Assembly (NCBI GenBank): GCA_951406725.2
Contig: OX597833.1
Span: forward strand, 48,050,001-48,114,000
DNA length: 64,000 nucleotides
Source of the DNA: Octopus vulgaris
Lineage: Eukaryota
Direction of reading: 5' to 3'
Below the pieces are notes generated by a model. That model saw only the letters and a list, made by a program, of their open reading frames with translations. It was not told where the DNA came from and ran no database searches. Below are positions 1 through 13,632 of this stretch, piece after piece (position 1 is the first letter of the stretch; every line of letters starts with the position of its first letter). Position numbers and translations under genes: made by a program.

Positions 1-171
1 AAGTAATACAATTACATCAACATAGGCGCAGGAGTGGCTGTGTGGTAAGTAGCTTGCTTACATGGTTCCAGGTTCAGTCGCATTGCGTGGCACCTTGGGC
101 AAGTATCTTCTACTATAGCCTCGGGCCGACCAAAGCCTTGTGAACTCACACGCACACATACACACTCACGC

Positions 172-206
<35 letters not shown>

Positions 207-207
<1 letters not shown>

Positions 208-716
208 TAGCAGTATCGCCCGGCGTTGCTCGGATTTGTAAGGGAAATAACTATATAAGCATTTTTAGAGAGTTACTTCCCTTATAGATGCCAATTCGGG
301 CTTTCTTAGCCATTTCTGTTTTGCTGTCTTCAAGCCATGAAGTCGTTGTTCTAAAAGAACGCTGGTCTCCTTGACAACGCATTACGACGTTGATTTCTTT
401 ACACTCCCTTCCTCACAGCTTCACGAGTGAGGGAAGGGGGAGAAGCAAACAGGTGCAGCTGTGAGCGTGGACGCCAACTCCGCCGCCATCGACACACGAA
501 AAATTATGCATTAAAATGGAATAAAAAATGATGTTAAATTATTTTTAAAATCGTAGACTCCTCGTTGACGCGCGCTAATAGCCAGACGGGCTCGATATGA
601 ATCACGACTATAAGATACCCGAATTTGGTTAAACTGCACCGCAAAATGTGGGAGGAGTTAGGAATCTAAATCGAAGGGGACAGACACTCACACAACTAGA
701 GTTTTATATATATAGA
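207..716 (-). mobile_element. Non-autonomous Helitron, family A
   Basis: 5' TCTATATATATAAA, 3' GC hairpin then CTAG; inserted between A and T in a (TA)n tract; shares its ends with the 5878 and 31057 copies. Confidence 0.85.
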
Positions 717-2309
717 TATATATACTTAAATGTTCATCAGTGTTTTGTTTCTTTCTATTTACATACTCTTTTACTCTTTTACTTGTTTCAGTCATTTGAC
801 TGCAGCCATGCTGGAGCAACGCCTTTAGTCGAGCAAATCGACCCCGGGACTTATTCCTTGTAAGCCAAGTACTTATTCTATCGGTCCCTTTTGCCGAACC
901 GCTAAGTGACGTAAACACACCAGCATCGGTTGTCAAGCAATGCTAGGGGGACAAACACAGACACACAAACATATATACGACAGGCTTCTTTCAGTTTCCG
1001 TCTGCCAAATCCACTCACAAGGCATTCGTCGGCCCGGGGCTATAGCAGAAGACACTTGCCCAAGATGCCACGCAGTGGGACTGAACCCGGAACCATGTGG
1101 CTGGTTAGCAAGCTACTTACCACCCAGCCACTCCTGCGCCTATAAATATATAAATAAGTCCTATTTTTTTTTCTCTTTCCTATCTCTCTCTCCTTCGCTT
1201 TCTCCATCTCTCACTTTCTTCATTTATACAATTCACATACATACATAGATATATACATAATTACATCTATACACAATACATATATACATACATCGTAGAT
1301 ACATACACAGTTCGAAATCAGGTTATGTTTTCATTCGTTACAATATGTCTAGACACATTGATACTACCGTATTGCTAATCAGATTTCATTTTCTAACCGA
1401 AAATTGAAAAAGCAAATCTCTCTGTCTCTCCCTCTCTCTCTCTGTGACTCTCTCTATCTCATTCTCTCTCTCTCTCTGTCACTCTCTCTCTTTCATTCTC
1501 TATCTCACTCTTTCGTACCTAAAAATAGCAGCCAAATCCCTCATAATTCTTAGACATCAACCCAAGTGCGTAACTGGTACTTATTGACGGTCTGAGTTCA
1601 AATTCCGCCGAGGTCAACTTTGCCTTTTATCCTTCGGGGTCGATAAATTAAGTACCAGATAAGAGATATATATATATGTATGTATGTGTGTGTATATGTT
1701 TCTGTGTTTGTCCCCCAAACATTGCTTGACAACTGATGCTGGTGTGTTTACGTCCCTGTAACTTAGCGGTTCAGCAAAAGAGACCGATAGAATAAGTACT
1801 AGGCTTACAAAGAATAAGTCCTGGGGTTGATTTGCTCGACTAAAGGTGGTGCTCCAGCATGGCCCAGTCAAATGACTGAAACAAGTAAAAGAGTAAAAGA
1901 GATATGTGTGCATGCACACACACACACACACAATGAGCTTCCACTCAGTTTCCATGTACCAACCATAAGGTTTTGATCAACCCAGGGCTATAGTAGAAGA
2001 CACTTGCCCAAGGTGCCATGCAGTGGGACTGAACCTGAAACTACATTGTTGCAAAGTAAGCTTCTCAACTACACAACCATGCCTGTGCCTATATCTTTTA
2101 TCTTTCACTTGTTTGATTCAGTAGATTGTCGCCATGCTGGAGCATCACTTTGAAGAACTTTTAGTCAAATGAATTGACACAGGTACTTATTTCTTTTAAA
2201 ACCTGGTACTTATTCTATCAGTCTCTTTTGCTGCACCACTAAGTTACAGGAATATCAGCAAACCAACACCAGTTGTCAAGTGGCAGACAAACACACATAG
2301 ATACATATA

Positions 2310-2768
2310 CAGGGATTGGACAAAATAATGGAAAAACCTAGCATCATAACATCATAATTTTGAAATATCTATAAAACCATCAAAAGCTTGTTTATTTTCA
2401 TGTTTTTTGATTTATTATTAGTGTTGCTTAATATGTTTTGCTAAAATTGTTATTTATTTTCAGATATCATCCAAAAAAGGTAATTAAAATTCATTAAAAT
2501 GACTGATCCATCGAACTTTCAAAGAGGTCAAATTGTTGGTGCTCGTAATGGAAACAGCTGAAATGTTTGGTGTATCAAGAAGTACTGTCTCAAAAGTAAT
2601 GACAGCCTTTGAGAAAGAGGGAAAAACCTGCTCATCGAAACAAAATTCCTTTAAAAAATCAAAACTTTCAGATAGGGACCATCGGACTCTTACATGAACT
2701 GTTAGAAAGGATCACAAAAGTACGGCTCCCAAAATTGCTGCAGAACTTCATGACCACCTCGAGAACCC
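2310..2768 (+). mobile_element. Tc1-family transposon, 5' fragment (left TIR plus decayed transposase HTH)
   Basis: TA|CAGGGATTGGACAAAATAATGG end; from 2499 MTDPSNFQRGQIVGAR...ETAEMFGVSRSTVSKV...SKLSDRDHR...STAPKIAAEL, with frameshifts and a stop. Confidence 0.85.
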
Positions 2769-3788
2769 GAGGCTACAGCAGAAGACACTTGTCCAAAATG
2801 CCATGACTGGTACTTATTCTATTTTACTCTTTTTTTTTTTTCAGTCATTTGACTACAGCCATGCTGGAGCACCGCCTTTAATCGAGCAACTCGACCCCGC
2901 GACTTATTCTTTTGTAAGCCCAGTACTTATTCTATCAGTCTCTTTTGCCGAACTGCTAAGTTACAGGGATGTAAACACAGACAAACAAGCATATACACAC
3001 ATACACATATATATATACATATATACGACGGGCTTCTTTCAGTTTCCGTCTACCAAATCCACTCACAAGGCTTTGGTCGGCCCGAGGCTATAGTAGATGA
3101 CACTTGCCCAAAGTGCCATGCAATGGGACTGAACCCGGAACCATGTGGTTGGTAAACAAGCTACTTACCACACAGCCACTCCTACGCCTATGGGTCATTG
3201 GTCATCTTTGTTGAACAACTAAGTTATAGGGATGTAAACACAAGCACCAGTTGTCAAGTGGTAATGAGGGACAAACAGACACAAAGACACACACACATAT
3301 ATATATGTATATTCGACGGGCTTTTTTTAGTTTCCATCTACCAAATCCACTCACAAGGCTTTAGTCAACCTGAGGCTACAGCAGAAGACACTTGCCCCAG
3401 GTGCCACACAATGTGACTGAACACATGTGACTGGGAATCAAACTTCTTACCACACAGCCAAGCTTGCATCTATATGTGTACTTCTTTTGAGGAATTCGTT
3501 AATGAATAAATTGAAAATTACAATATATATGTGTCTTTGGAGTATTTGCAAAGAGACGAAGATCTCTTGGTTGCTATAAAGCTACAGTAACAACCCCCTC
3601 CCCAATGTGGTTAGCCATGATAAGATGGCTTCTATACTTTACATTATCGAGCGATTACTGTTTCAATCTCATTCTGAGATTTAATTATGCTTACTGTTCA
3701 TTTTTCGACATCAGTGGCAGACACCATTAGAAAAACTTATATCTATTTGCAAAGGAGCCTTCACTTTCATCGCTACCTGGTGGTTGCC

Positions 3789-3829
3789 GCCCGTTGACGA
3801 GGGACAAACATCCCGAAACTAGTTCGAGC
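3789..3829 (+). ncRNA. Minimal type-I hammerhead ribozyme motif (C3U variant)
   Basis: gcccg-TTGACGA-GGGA caaaca TCCC-GAA-ACTAGT-T-cgagc; palindromic stem III; one stem I mismatch. Confidence 0.65.
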
Positions 3830-4478
3830 GTATCACTCAGGCTTGCGAGGAAGGGATGGCCTCCCTTTGCAAATACTCCAAAGACACAGATATTGTGTTT
3901 AGAGCCAGCTAGAGACGAAGATCTCTTGGGGCTATAAAGCTACAGTAACAACCCCCTCCCCAATGTGGTTAGCCATGATAAGATGGCTTCTATACTTTAC
4001 ATTACAGTATATAGTTCTTTCTTTATTTTAAAGACTTTGTAAGGTTGGAAAATTCTTGTTGTTCTCACGTGATTGAGTTAATACTTTTCTCCTAAAAATG
4101 ATTATCAATTTGAATTGCTAACCAGTAAATAATTTGCCAATTATATAATCTAGATTGCTACATTAACACCAGAACACGGGAATAACTTGTAAAAGGATTG
4201 AACAGAACCATAACATTTTCTTCCTTTGGTTTTTTATTTATTTATTTATTTACTCTTTTACTCTTTTACTTGTTTCAGTCATTTGACTGCGGCCATGCTG
4301 GAGCACTGCCTTTAGTCGAGCAAATCGACCCCCGGGACTTATTCTTTGTAAGCCCAGTGCTTGTTCTTTCGGTCTCTTTTGCCGAACCGCTAAGTGACGG
4401 GGACGTAAACACACCAGCATCGGTTGTCAAGCAATGCTAGAGGGACAAACACAGACACACAAACATATACACACACAT

Positions 4479-4514
<36 letters not shown>

Positions 4515-4588
4515 TCGGGGTGAGTACTTGATAATTATAAGCACCTGTGTATACCGTTTGGTGGTGTAGGTGGTGGAGTAAATTGTGC

Positions 4589-4666
4589 GCGGCTGAAGAA
4601 GGCCACAGACATACATTATGCATTGTTATAAATCTGTCTAATAAAGGCCCGAAACATATGTACCGC
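4589..4666 (+). ncRNA. Type-I hammerhead ribozyme
   Basis: gcgg-CTGAAGA-aGGCC...GGCCc-GAA-ACATATGT-A-ccgc; perfect stem I, palindromic stem III, GUA cleavage triplet. Confidence 0.8.
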
Positions 4667-5877
4667 TGAATCCTTCGCATCATGTTTTTATTTTATTTTG
4701 ATCAATTTATATATATATATATATATACATATGTATGACAGGCTTCTCTCAGTTTCCGTCTACCAAATCCATTCACAAGGCATTGGTCGGCCCAAGGCTA
4801 TAGCAGAAGAGACTTGCCCAAGATGCCATGCAGTGGGACTGAACCCGGAACCATGTGGTTGGTAGGCAAGCTACTTACCACACAGCCAGTCCTATTTTTG
4901 TAAAATTCCTTTTTTAATTGGCGTAACAAAACATTTCAAACTAGTAGAAGCAAATTTCTTCATTTTCCTCTTGCCATTTCTTTTATGTCTAATTTTGCAA
5001 ATATATTTTTATGCTGTTAAAATAAATGTGTTTATAATTGTTTGCTCTTTCTACCTTCAAACCACAAAAACTGGAAATTATCCCTTTAACATCTAAATCA
5101 TCCATATCCAACCAAAATATTCTACCAGTTTTATGTTTGAATTGGACAGATTTGGCCTGTTGCATCTACCCTACAGTGTCATTCTACAAAATAAACAATC
5201 ACATCATTGAATTCTGAGAGCCACAAGATAATGTACAATTAATTCAAACCAATGTGAATAAATAAGCATTGCATTTGACAGAGTAATCTGAATGCTAAAG
5301 ACTTAACTCTTTCAATACTAACCCGGCTGAAACCAGCTCTGATTCTGTAAAACAAATGTCTTGTTTTCATAAGTTTTGAATTAAAATCTTCCACTAATCC
5401 TTAATTATAATTCATGTTCCTAACACTAGCTTTATGATAACTAAGTTATTTTACTAAATTCTTTGTTATATTTAAAGTAATTGAAAGGAACACAGAGCAT
5501 CTCAAAGTTCCATGTAGTGGGACGGAACCTGGAATAATATTGTTGAGAACAGTTATTTTGACTAGCAGGACCTGTGAATATTTCATGGAATTAATGGTAA
5601 ATCTATTGGATTATTTCTGAAAACTTCTGAAAGTCAAAGTCAACCTCTGGGTTCAAATTCCGCTGAGGTCGACTTTACCTTTCATCCTTTCGAGGTTGAT
5701 AAATTAAGTACCAGTTACACACTGGGGTCGATGTAATCGACTTAATCCGTTTGTCCCCTCTGTGTTTAGCCCCTTGTGGGTAGTAAAGAAATATATTTCT
5801 GAAAACTTTATCCCAAAACCTGAAAGTGGAGCCTGTGTTGTGTCTATATGGAAAGATAGTCACTCATCTGCTACTCA

Positions 5878-6271
5878 TCTATATATATAAAAGTGAGGTT
5901 GGGTGGTGTGTGTCTCCTACGATTTAGATTCCTAACTACTACCACATTTTGCGGTGCAGTTTAACCAAAACCTGGTATCTTATAGTCGTGATTCATATCG
6001 AGCCCTTCTGGGTATTAGCACGCGTCTACGATGAGTCTATGATTTAAAAAAAAATTTACCATCATTTTTTCCCATTTTTAATGCATTTTTGGCATATATA
6101 AGGGAAGTAACTCTCTAAAAATGTATTATTAAATCTCAGAACGTAAAAAGCTACAGTAACACCCCCTTTGTGGTTAGCCATATTGAGATGGCTATTATAC
6201 TTTACATCTCTAAAAATGCTTATATAGTTATTTCCCTTACAAACCCGAGCAACGCTGGGCGATACTGCTAG
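5878..6271 (+). mobile_element. Non-autonomous Helitron, family A
   Basis: A|TCTATATATATAAAAG ... cccgagcaacgctgggcgatactgCTAG|T. Confidence 0.88.
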
Positions 6272-9200
6272 TTAAAAAATGAAAGGAATTAGAATACAAT
6301 GATTACTTAATGCACTTTATATACTTTATGCACAGTTTTATAGACTTGATACACAGCACTCATAAAATAAATATTCACTCTTATTTTTCTATTTTTTTTC
6401 CTGAACAAAAAAAATATTTCATACATATGATACAACCTTTAGTTAAATTACATATATCTGCCACGTAAATAGTGCGTAACTGGTACTTAATTTATCGACC
6501 CCGAAAGGATGAAAGGTAAAGTCGACCTTGGCAGAATTTGAACCCAGAGGTCGACTTTGCCTTTCAGAAGTTTTCAGAAATAATCCAATAGATTTACCAT
6601 TAATTCCATGAAATATTCACAGCTCCTGCTAGTCAAAATAACTGTTCTCAACAATATAAAAAACTTAGTTCAATTAAAACAAAATACGCTTTTCACCATC
6701 CAGTCACCACCTCTACCACTACCACCATCACCATCATCTCTCTCTTTCTCTCCTTCTTCTCTCTCTCCCTTCTTTATCACTCTCCCTCCCCCCTCTCTCT
6801 CTCCCATCTCTCTCTCTCTGCTTTTCTTTAACATCACCCATCATCATCATCATTATCATTGTTTAACGTCCGCTTTCCATGCTGGCATGGGTTGGATGGT
6901 TTGACTGAGAACTGGTAAGCGAGGGGCCTGCATGAGGCTCCAATCTCATTTGGCAAGGTTCTACAGCTGGATGCCCTTTCTAACGCCAGCCACTCTGAGA
7001 GTGTAGTGGGTGCTTTTTACGTGCCAATGGCTTGAATGGTACTTTTTTATGTGCCACTGGCATGGGTGCCAGTCAGGCAGCACTGGCATCAACCACACTC
7101 GAATGGTACTTTCTACTTACCACCAGCACGGGTGCCAGTCAGATGGCACTGGCATCAGCCATGACTACAATTTCACTTGGTTCAACCGGGCTTCACAAGC
7201 ATGGCATATCGCTCGACAATTGAAGGGTTCTTTTAAATGGGCCAGTTATGAAATATTGGCATCAGCCAATCTCACTTGGCTTGCCAAGTTTTCTCAGGCA
7301 CAGCATGTCTCCAAAGGTCTTGGTCACTTGTCATTGCTTCTGTTTGAAGGTTACGCTTCACCACCTCATCCCATGTTTTCTTGGGTCTACCTCTTCTATT
7401 TCACTCTTCACCTTATCCTCTTTTTTCTCTCTCCTTTTTCTTTTTTCCTTTTTCTTTCTTCTTTTTCTTTTTCCTTTTTCTTTCTCCTTTTTCTTTTTCC
7501 TTTTTCTTTCTCCTCTCTTTCCCTTCATCTAATCATGTGAAAGCATTACAATTACATTTCCTCTACCTCACATCATGGACGCTTGTATTTACCTCTTTTT
7601 CTCCCACCCCTACTCTTTTTCTCCCTCCCTCTTTTTCTCTCTCCTTCTTTTTCTCCCTCTTTCTTTCTAATCACATGAAAGTGTTACCGCCGGGGCTAAG
7701 TAACACAATGACAAGCAGGATTATTATAAGATAAATTTTAAGATGGAGAGCTAAAGAATCATTATCTGGAAATATTTCTCTCTCTATTTCTAAACATGGT
7801 TTTCCCTATATCGTGCCGGTGGCACGTAATCGTGGCGGTGGCACGTAAAAAGCACCATCCGTTCGTGTCCATTGCCAGCCTCGCCTGGCCCTCGTGCCGG
7901 TGGCACATAAAAAGCATCATCCGTTCGTGGCCGTTTGCCAGCTCTGTCTGGCACCTGTGCGGGTGGCACATAAAAAGCACCCACTACACTCACGGAGTGG
8001 TTGGCGTTAGGAAGGGCATCCAGCCGTAGAAACACTGCCAGATTTGACTGGGCCTGATGAAGCCTTCTGGCTTCACAGACCCCAGTAGAACCGTCCAACC
8101 CATGCTAGCGTGGAAAACGGACACTAAACGATGATGATGATGATGATGATGATGATGACACAACCTCTGGGCCATTCTTGCATACTGTACATGACAGTAA
8201 AATGCTCAAATTACGAAATATCTAACATTTACAAGAATTATATTGATTCATTTTTCACAATAAAATTTAACAACACAGGCAAGTATTAAAACAAAAAAAT
8301 TTTAAAAAGGAATGCATGTTGAATTTTTAAGTGTGACGTACGTGTCATTGCATAAAATATATTTTTTTCACCTGAAAATATCAACTGCTAATTCCTTTGA
8401 ATTTCTCCAGAGCAGCATAAAAAGCCTCATGGTATTAATTTACATTGACCTTGAAATTTCAAAAAAATGCTAATGAATTTGCAAGACAACAATATCTGTG
8501 GTGATGACTCACATTTACATAGTTTGAGATGCATAACAAAAGAATGTTATGGTGGGGAGATTTGTTTTGGTTTCATATGCGAATATTGTTATTGTTTAGA
8601 GTTCAGTCAGGCATGCAAATAAAAGATGTATCAAATTCGGATTACCATATAACTGACAAAAAATTTCATGTTAAAAACAATGCTATTTAGAGGTGATAAC
8701 TTAGATAGAAATAATTACTGAGGTTTGTAATCAGAATTGTCCCAGTATTGACACCTGGTCAAATATGATTCATTTCAAAATATTTTTACAGGTATATAGT
8801 GATTTTTGTGGGTATCCTGAAAATTTTTGAAAATCTGCTTTGGTTTGAAAACAGTGTCTGTTAAAAAATAAACCATTTTGATATATATTTATGGGTGAAT
8901 AGAGATTTTTCTGAGGATTCTGAAAATTTATAGAAAAATGTTGTGTTTTATTTAACTTAATGAGAATGGCCATCTAACACTATTAGCTTCATTTATGTTT
9001 TTCTAAAAACAACCAGATGGTGAACACTTGAAATGGCTCTTGTGTTTTTTAAATTTTTCTTAAATTTTCCTTAATTGTTTTTTTAGGAGTCTGACTTATG
9101 CAAGCATGGCAAAAATTGGATGAGTTTCTGCATTTAAAATATATTGTTCAATATTTTTAATTATACAGTGTTACAATTCATGTATTTGATGGTTTTTTTT

Positions 9201-9837
9201 TGTTAGATATTTTTATATAAAAAAAGACTTGTTATTTAAAATATTTGTATTTTTAACCCTGAAATTTTCATATTGATATCAAGTATGATAATTTTTATAA
9301 TTTGCATATAGCGACATAAAAATACACACACACATGCATATTAATTAACATAATTAATTAAAGAAAAGGTTGTAAATGATTCTGAGGTTTTGGCTTACTT
9401 GTCTTCAGACTGTACTTAACTGGTGTACTTTTTGGATCTGTATGGTCTTTGGTAAGTTGTTTTATGGGTTGGTTATGTAAATGATAATTAGGTGTGATAC
9501 AGGTTGACCAAGGAAGTAGTTGTGTAGAAAGTAGAGGTAGAGGAGGACAGGAGCAAAGTGTATATAAGGCATAGGTTGATAGAAAGTTACGGTGAGGAGA
9601 TTTGTTTTGGTTTGATGTAGGAATTTTGTAATTGTTTAGGGTTCAGTCAGGCATGGAAATAAAGGGTAATCAGATGTGTTAAATTCAGATTATGACATTT
9701 TCTTTTAGAAAGTTGTTGGTTTGTGGTGCTGCATATACACACACACACACACACACACATACATACACACACACACACATAAACACACACACATATATAT
9801 ATAATGACAGAGATGGAAGATATGAAAACCTCTGTTG

Positions 9838-9943
9838 ATCACTACAATCGTTTCAACCCATCTAGCACCAATCCTTCATGGATAGGATACTATACAGTTG
9901 ACTTGGGTGTATCCCTTGGTGTAGGTGTGTCTCCTCAGGTGAT
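9838..9943 (-). ncRNA. Type-I hammerhead ribozyme with long branched stem II
   Basis: Minus strand: atcac-CTGAGGA-GACACACCTACACCAA...TTGGTGCTAGATGGGTT-GAA-ACGATTGT-A-gtgat. Confidence 0.72.
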
Positions 9944-10522
9944 TTCAAGAGGTATCTCCTTAAAATAAATTCTGTTTCACACAACTTATTTCTGCATGTT
10001 TTCTTCTTGGCCTTTGTTTATAGAAATGGCAAATTATGGCATACATCTTCGTTCTTATGGAAGATTCACAACAGAGATGAGATACAAAAAGAAACAAATA
10101 TACAATATATGCATATATACACATACAAATGTGTGTGTATATAAATACATCACTTTATATGCATATATGCATCGGACAATATGAGTGGATGTGAAAATGG
10201 GTGAGCTTATATGTATATGCATGCATATGAGCAGCTGTGTATAAATATACATTCATGTGGGTATATTTTTATCAGTACATGTGAGTATACTTACAAACAT
10301 GTAAGTCATTTGCTTATTATAAAATATAATAAAATAAATTATCTTTGCATGTCTTAAGTTGCAAAACAATTGTTGTGATACAAGTATATCCAATGGTTAA
10401 ATAAACTTTATCATACTATTTCTCTCATCATTTGTAACTTTATATATATATAAATTAGAAATAAAACCACTATAATGCAACTCATTGATAGACATAAACC
10501 AATACATAAATAAGAAATAATA

Positions 10523-10581
<59 letters not shown>

Positions 10582-10583
<2 letters not shown>

Positions 10584-10830
10584 AATGCACCCTTTTAAAG
10601 CCTAGCCAGGCTCATGGGCCCGGTTTCCCCGGTTTCTATAGCGTATGTGTTCTCCAGCTGGACGGGACACCAGTCCATCGCAGCGTTACTAATTTTTGCC
10701 AGCTGAGTGGACTGGAGCAACGTGAAATGAAGTGTTTTGCTCAAGAACACAACGCATCGCCCGGTCCAGGAATCGAAACCACAATCTTACGAACATGGTG
10801 CTGACACCCTAACCACTAAGCCACGCGCCT

Positions 10831-10832
<2 letters not shown>
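10582..10832 (-). mobile_element. Third tRNA-SINE family (others at about 18100-18325-, 20470-20800-, 23385-23630+, 40651-40945+, 57630-57933+)
   Basis: ggaggcgcgtggcttagtggttag A-box, gtttcgattcc B-box, gatggactggtgtcccgtccag segment; the 57630 copy has an 11-bp TSD aaccccaa(a/g)cc. Confidence 0.8.
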
Positions 10833-10878
<46 letters not shown>

Positions 10879-11060
10879 GAAATTCTTTTTGAGAACATTG
10901 GGTCATGAAGCAGATAATCTATAAGTAATACCATGTAAACATAGTGCAGCCTTTAACTTTTTCTATTTACATGCAATTATCCATAGCTTATCTGCTTCAA
11001 AATCCAACATTCCAAAAAGGAGTTATTTCATGTTCTCTTGAAGTTTACAAATTCTTATGG

Positions 11061-11113
<53 letters not shown>

Positions 11114-13126
11114 CAAATATTCATACATACAGTTACAAAACAATCTCAGATACACAAAACACATATTTACATTTATAAAGAAAGATTTCTTCACTTCTAA
11201 TTCTATATGATATACATAAACTAATTCCTACATTTTACAACATTTCTAAATTTCTAAACATTCAAATGAATGTCAATACAGATTTGTTATCAACTTGGAT
11301 GTTGCTAGTTAGTTGTGGAATGAATGATAGCTGAAAATTATGATTATAATTAATTTAATTTATCCAAGAAATCTTATTCATCCAAGAAATCTTACGCTTT
11401 CAAGATGTTTTCATTCTACCTTTCTTCCAATTTTCTTTCCCTTTGACACTTTGCATGAAATATCTTTTAAGCTAACTTTGCTCACGATTTAATATAAATG
11501 ATTTTTCAGGAAAATATAATCAATATGCTGTTTTGAAATCAACAAAGGAAAACATTTAAGAAAAAATAAATACATATATATATAATAAAAAAAAAAACAA
11601 ATAAAGAAATGAAAACATTTGAATGTAAAGAAATAGAAAATGTGAAATGATGGTCAAATTGACAGATCGGTTTTATTATCTTTACTGGTGTTTATGTAAT
11701 AATTTTCCAAAGAAAACATGAACAAAGGATAACTATAAAATTGACTTTCAGGAATATGTTTTTATTTTATCTTATTTCCTTCCATTTCATGGAATGAATC
11801 ACTTTTCTCCTAGCAACGCAACAATTGGTGTTTTATTCTTCATGTTAGCTATTTTACAGATGTGGAAACAAAATCTTAATATCCTTAGCTTCAATGTAAA
11901 TTTTCAAACATACAACAGTCATAGAAAAAAATCCAAAAAAAAAAAATCAATGACACCAAAACATTTGTATCTGAAAAACAAAACAAAACAGTCCAAGATC
12001 TGTGTGTATGTAAAAATGAATCTACTTGAGAGGAAACATAAAGCTTCCTAACAATGTCCCATTCAATGAATGTAACTGTGACAGATATGTGTTTGAGGAC
12101 AGTGTTAGATTGATAATAATAAGTTTGAAAAACTATTTAGAATTATTCATTGATGTTTTTATAACATCAAAGACAATAGCAAAGGGGAAACTATTGTACT
12201 GAGATGAAGCTGTTTTGAAAGATCTATAATACAACAAGATCTATAGTACATGTATCACAAGCTAGATTAGATAGCTATCAACTATACCTACAGATCTCAC
12301 TGTCTCTGTCTCTCTCTCATTGTCATTGCCTATCTTTCTATAGGAAAAATATATATTATCTTCAATTATGCACTGTATATTAATAGTTTGTATTAGTGAT
12401 AGCACATATGGTAATGATGAAATGTTTGGGCTTTAAAGTTGCACAGAATTTGTAAAGATGAATTTTTTTTTCCATGCAAAAATATTTATAAAATATTATT
12501 TTATAAATTCAAAATGAAAAATGTACCCATCTGCTTATAGTATGATTCAGTCATTCTTATATATTAAAAGAAAGATGTCATAATATGATACTAAACCACA
12601 TTAGTTATGCTACCGGAAGTAAAGCAAAATTCTGATTGGCCGGTTCATACTACCAAGTGTAGAAGCACAACTAGTAGAATGTGATGCACTAGAATTTAAT
12701 AATACTATCACAATACCATAACAGTTAGTTCTTTGAAGAAAACAATTATACTTTTTTTTAGATATTATATTGAACTCGTTCTTTTACACCGCTATGAGAT
12801 AAAATGATATTTAAAGGTTCTTTAGTACACATCATCAATGCCTTCCTCTGCAGAACCTTTAAAGATATCGGTCAATAAATCATTGAGTACTAAGTTAATG
12901 CATCTTAAGTTCTGTGTGACTGACATTAAAGGAATGAATTATAATTATGAGTTCTTTTATTGGGGAGTGAATTGGTTGAGTCCACTACTGTATGTTGTTG
13001 GTACATATTTTATTGCCTTTGAAAGTCACAGGTGATTCCCAGAAGGATGGAAAAGTAAGGGATGTCGCTGAATAATACAAAGGCTCTCAGCCATTTCAGG
13101 CAACCTGCCAAATTATGACAAAGTGC

Positions 13127-13127
<1 letters not shown>

Positions 13128-13169
<42 letters not shown>

Positions 13170-13565
13170 GGTGGCAAACTGGCAGAATTGTTAGTGTACC
13201 AGATGAAATGCTTAGTGGTATTTTGCCTGTCGTTATATTCTGAGTTCAAATTCCGCCGAGGTCGACTTTGCCTTTCATCCTTTCGGGGTCGATTAAATAA
13301 GTACCAGTTACGCACTGGGGTCAATATAATCAACTTAATCCGTTCATCTGTCCTTGTTTGTCCTCTCTGTGTTTAGCCCCTTGTGGGTAGTAAAGAAATA
13401 GGTATTTTGCCTGTCTTTATGTTCTGAGTTCAAATTCCACTGGGGTTGACTTTACTTTTCATCTTTTTGGGATTAATTAAATAAGTACCAGTTATGCACT
13501 GGGGTCAATGTAACTGACTTAATCCTTTCCTCCAAATTTCAGGCCTTGTGTCTACAGGAGAAAGG

Positions 13566-13632
<67 letters not shown>

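Noticed and set aside
24-110. tRNA-like A/B boxes here and in many other places
   Set aside because: These are SINE heads; none forms a complete cloverleaf with an acceptor stem.
9375-9415. Minus-strand CTGAAGA...gccaaaac, a possible decayed hammerhead
   Set aside because: Stem II, GAAA and stem I cannot be formed; it is too degenerate to call.
9804-9968. 54-codon plus-strand ORF MTEMEDMKTSVDHYNRF...
   Set aside because: No recognisable homology or splice context; it is the antisense of a hammerhead-bearing element.
11619-11640. miR-1-like string gaatgtaaagaa
   Set aside because: Seed mismatch and no precursor hairpin; a chance match in A-rich DNA.
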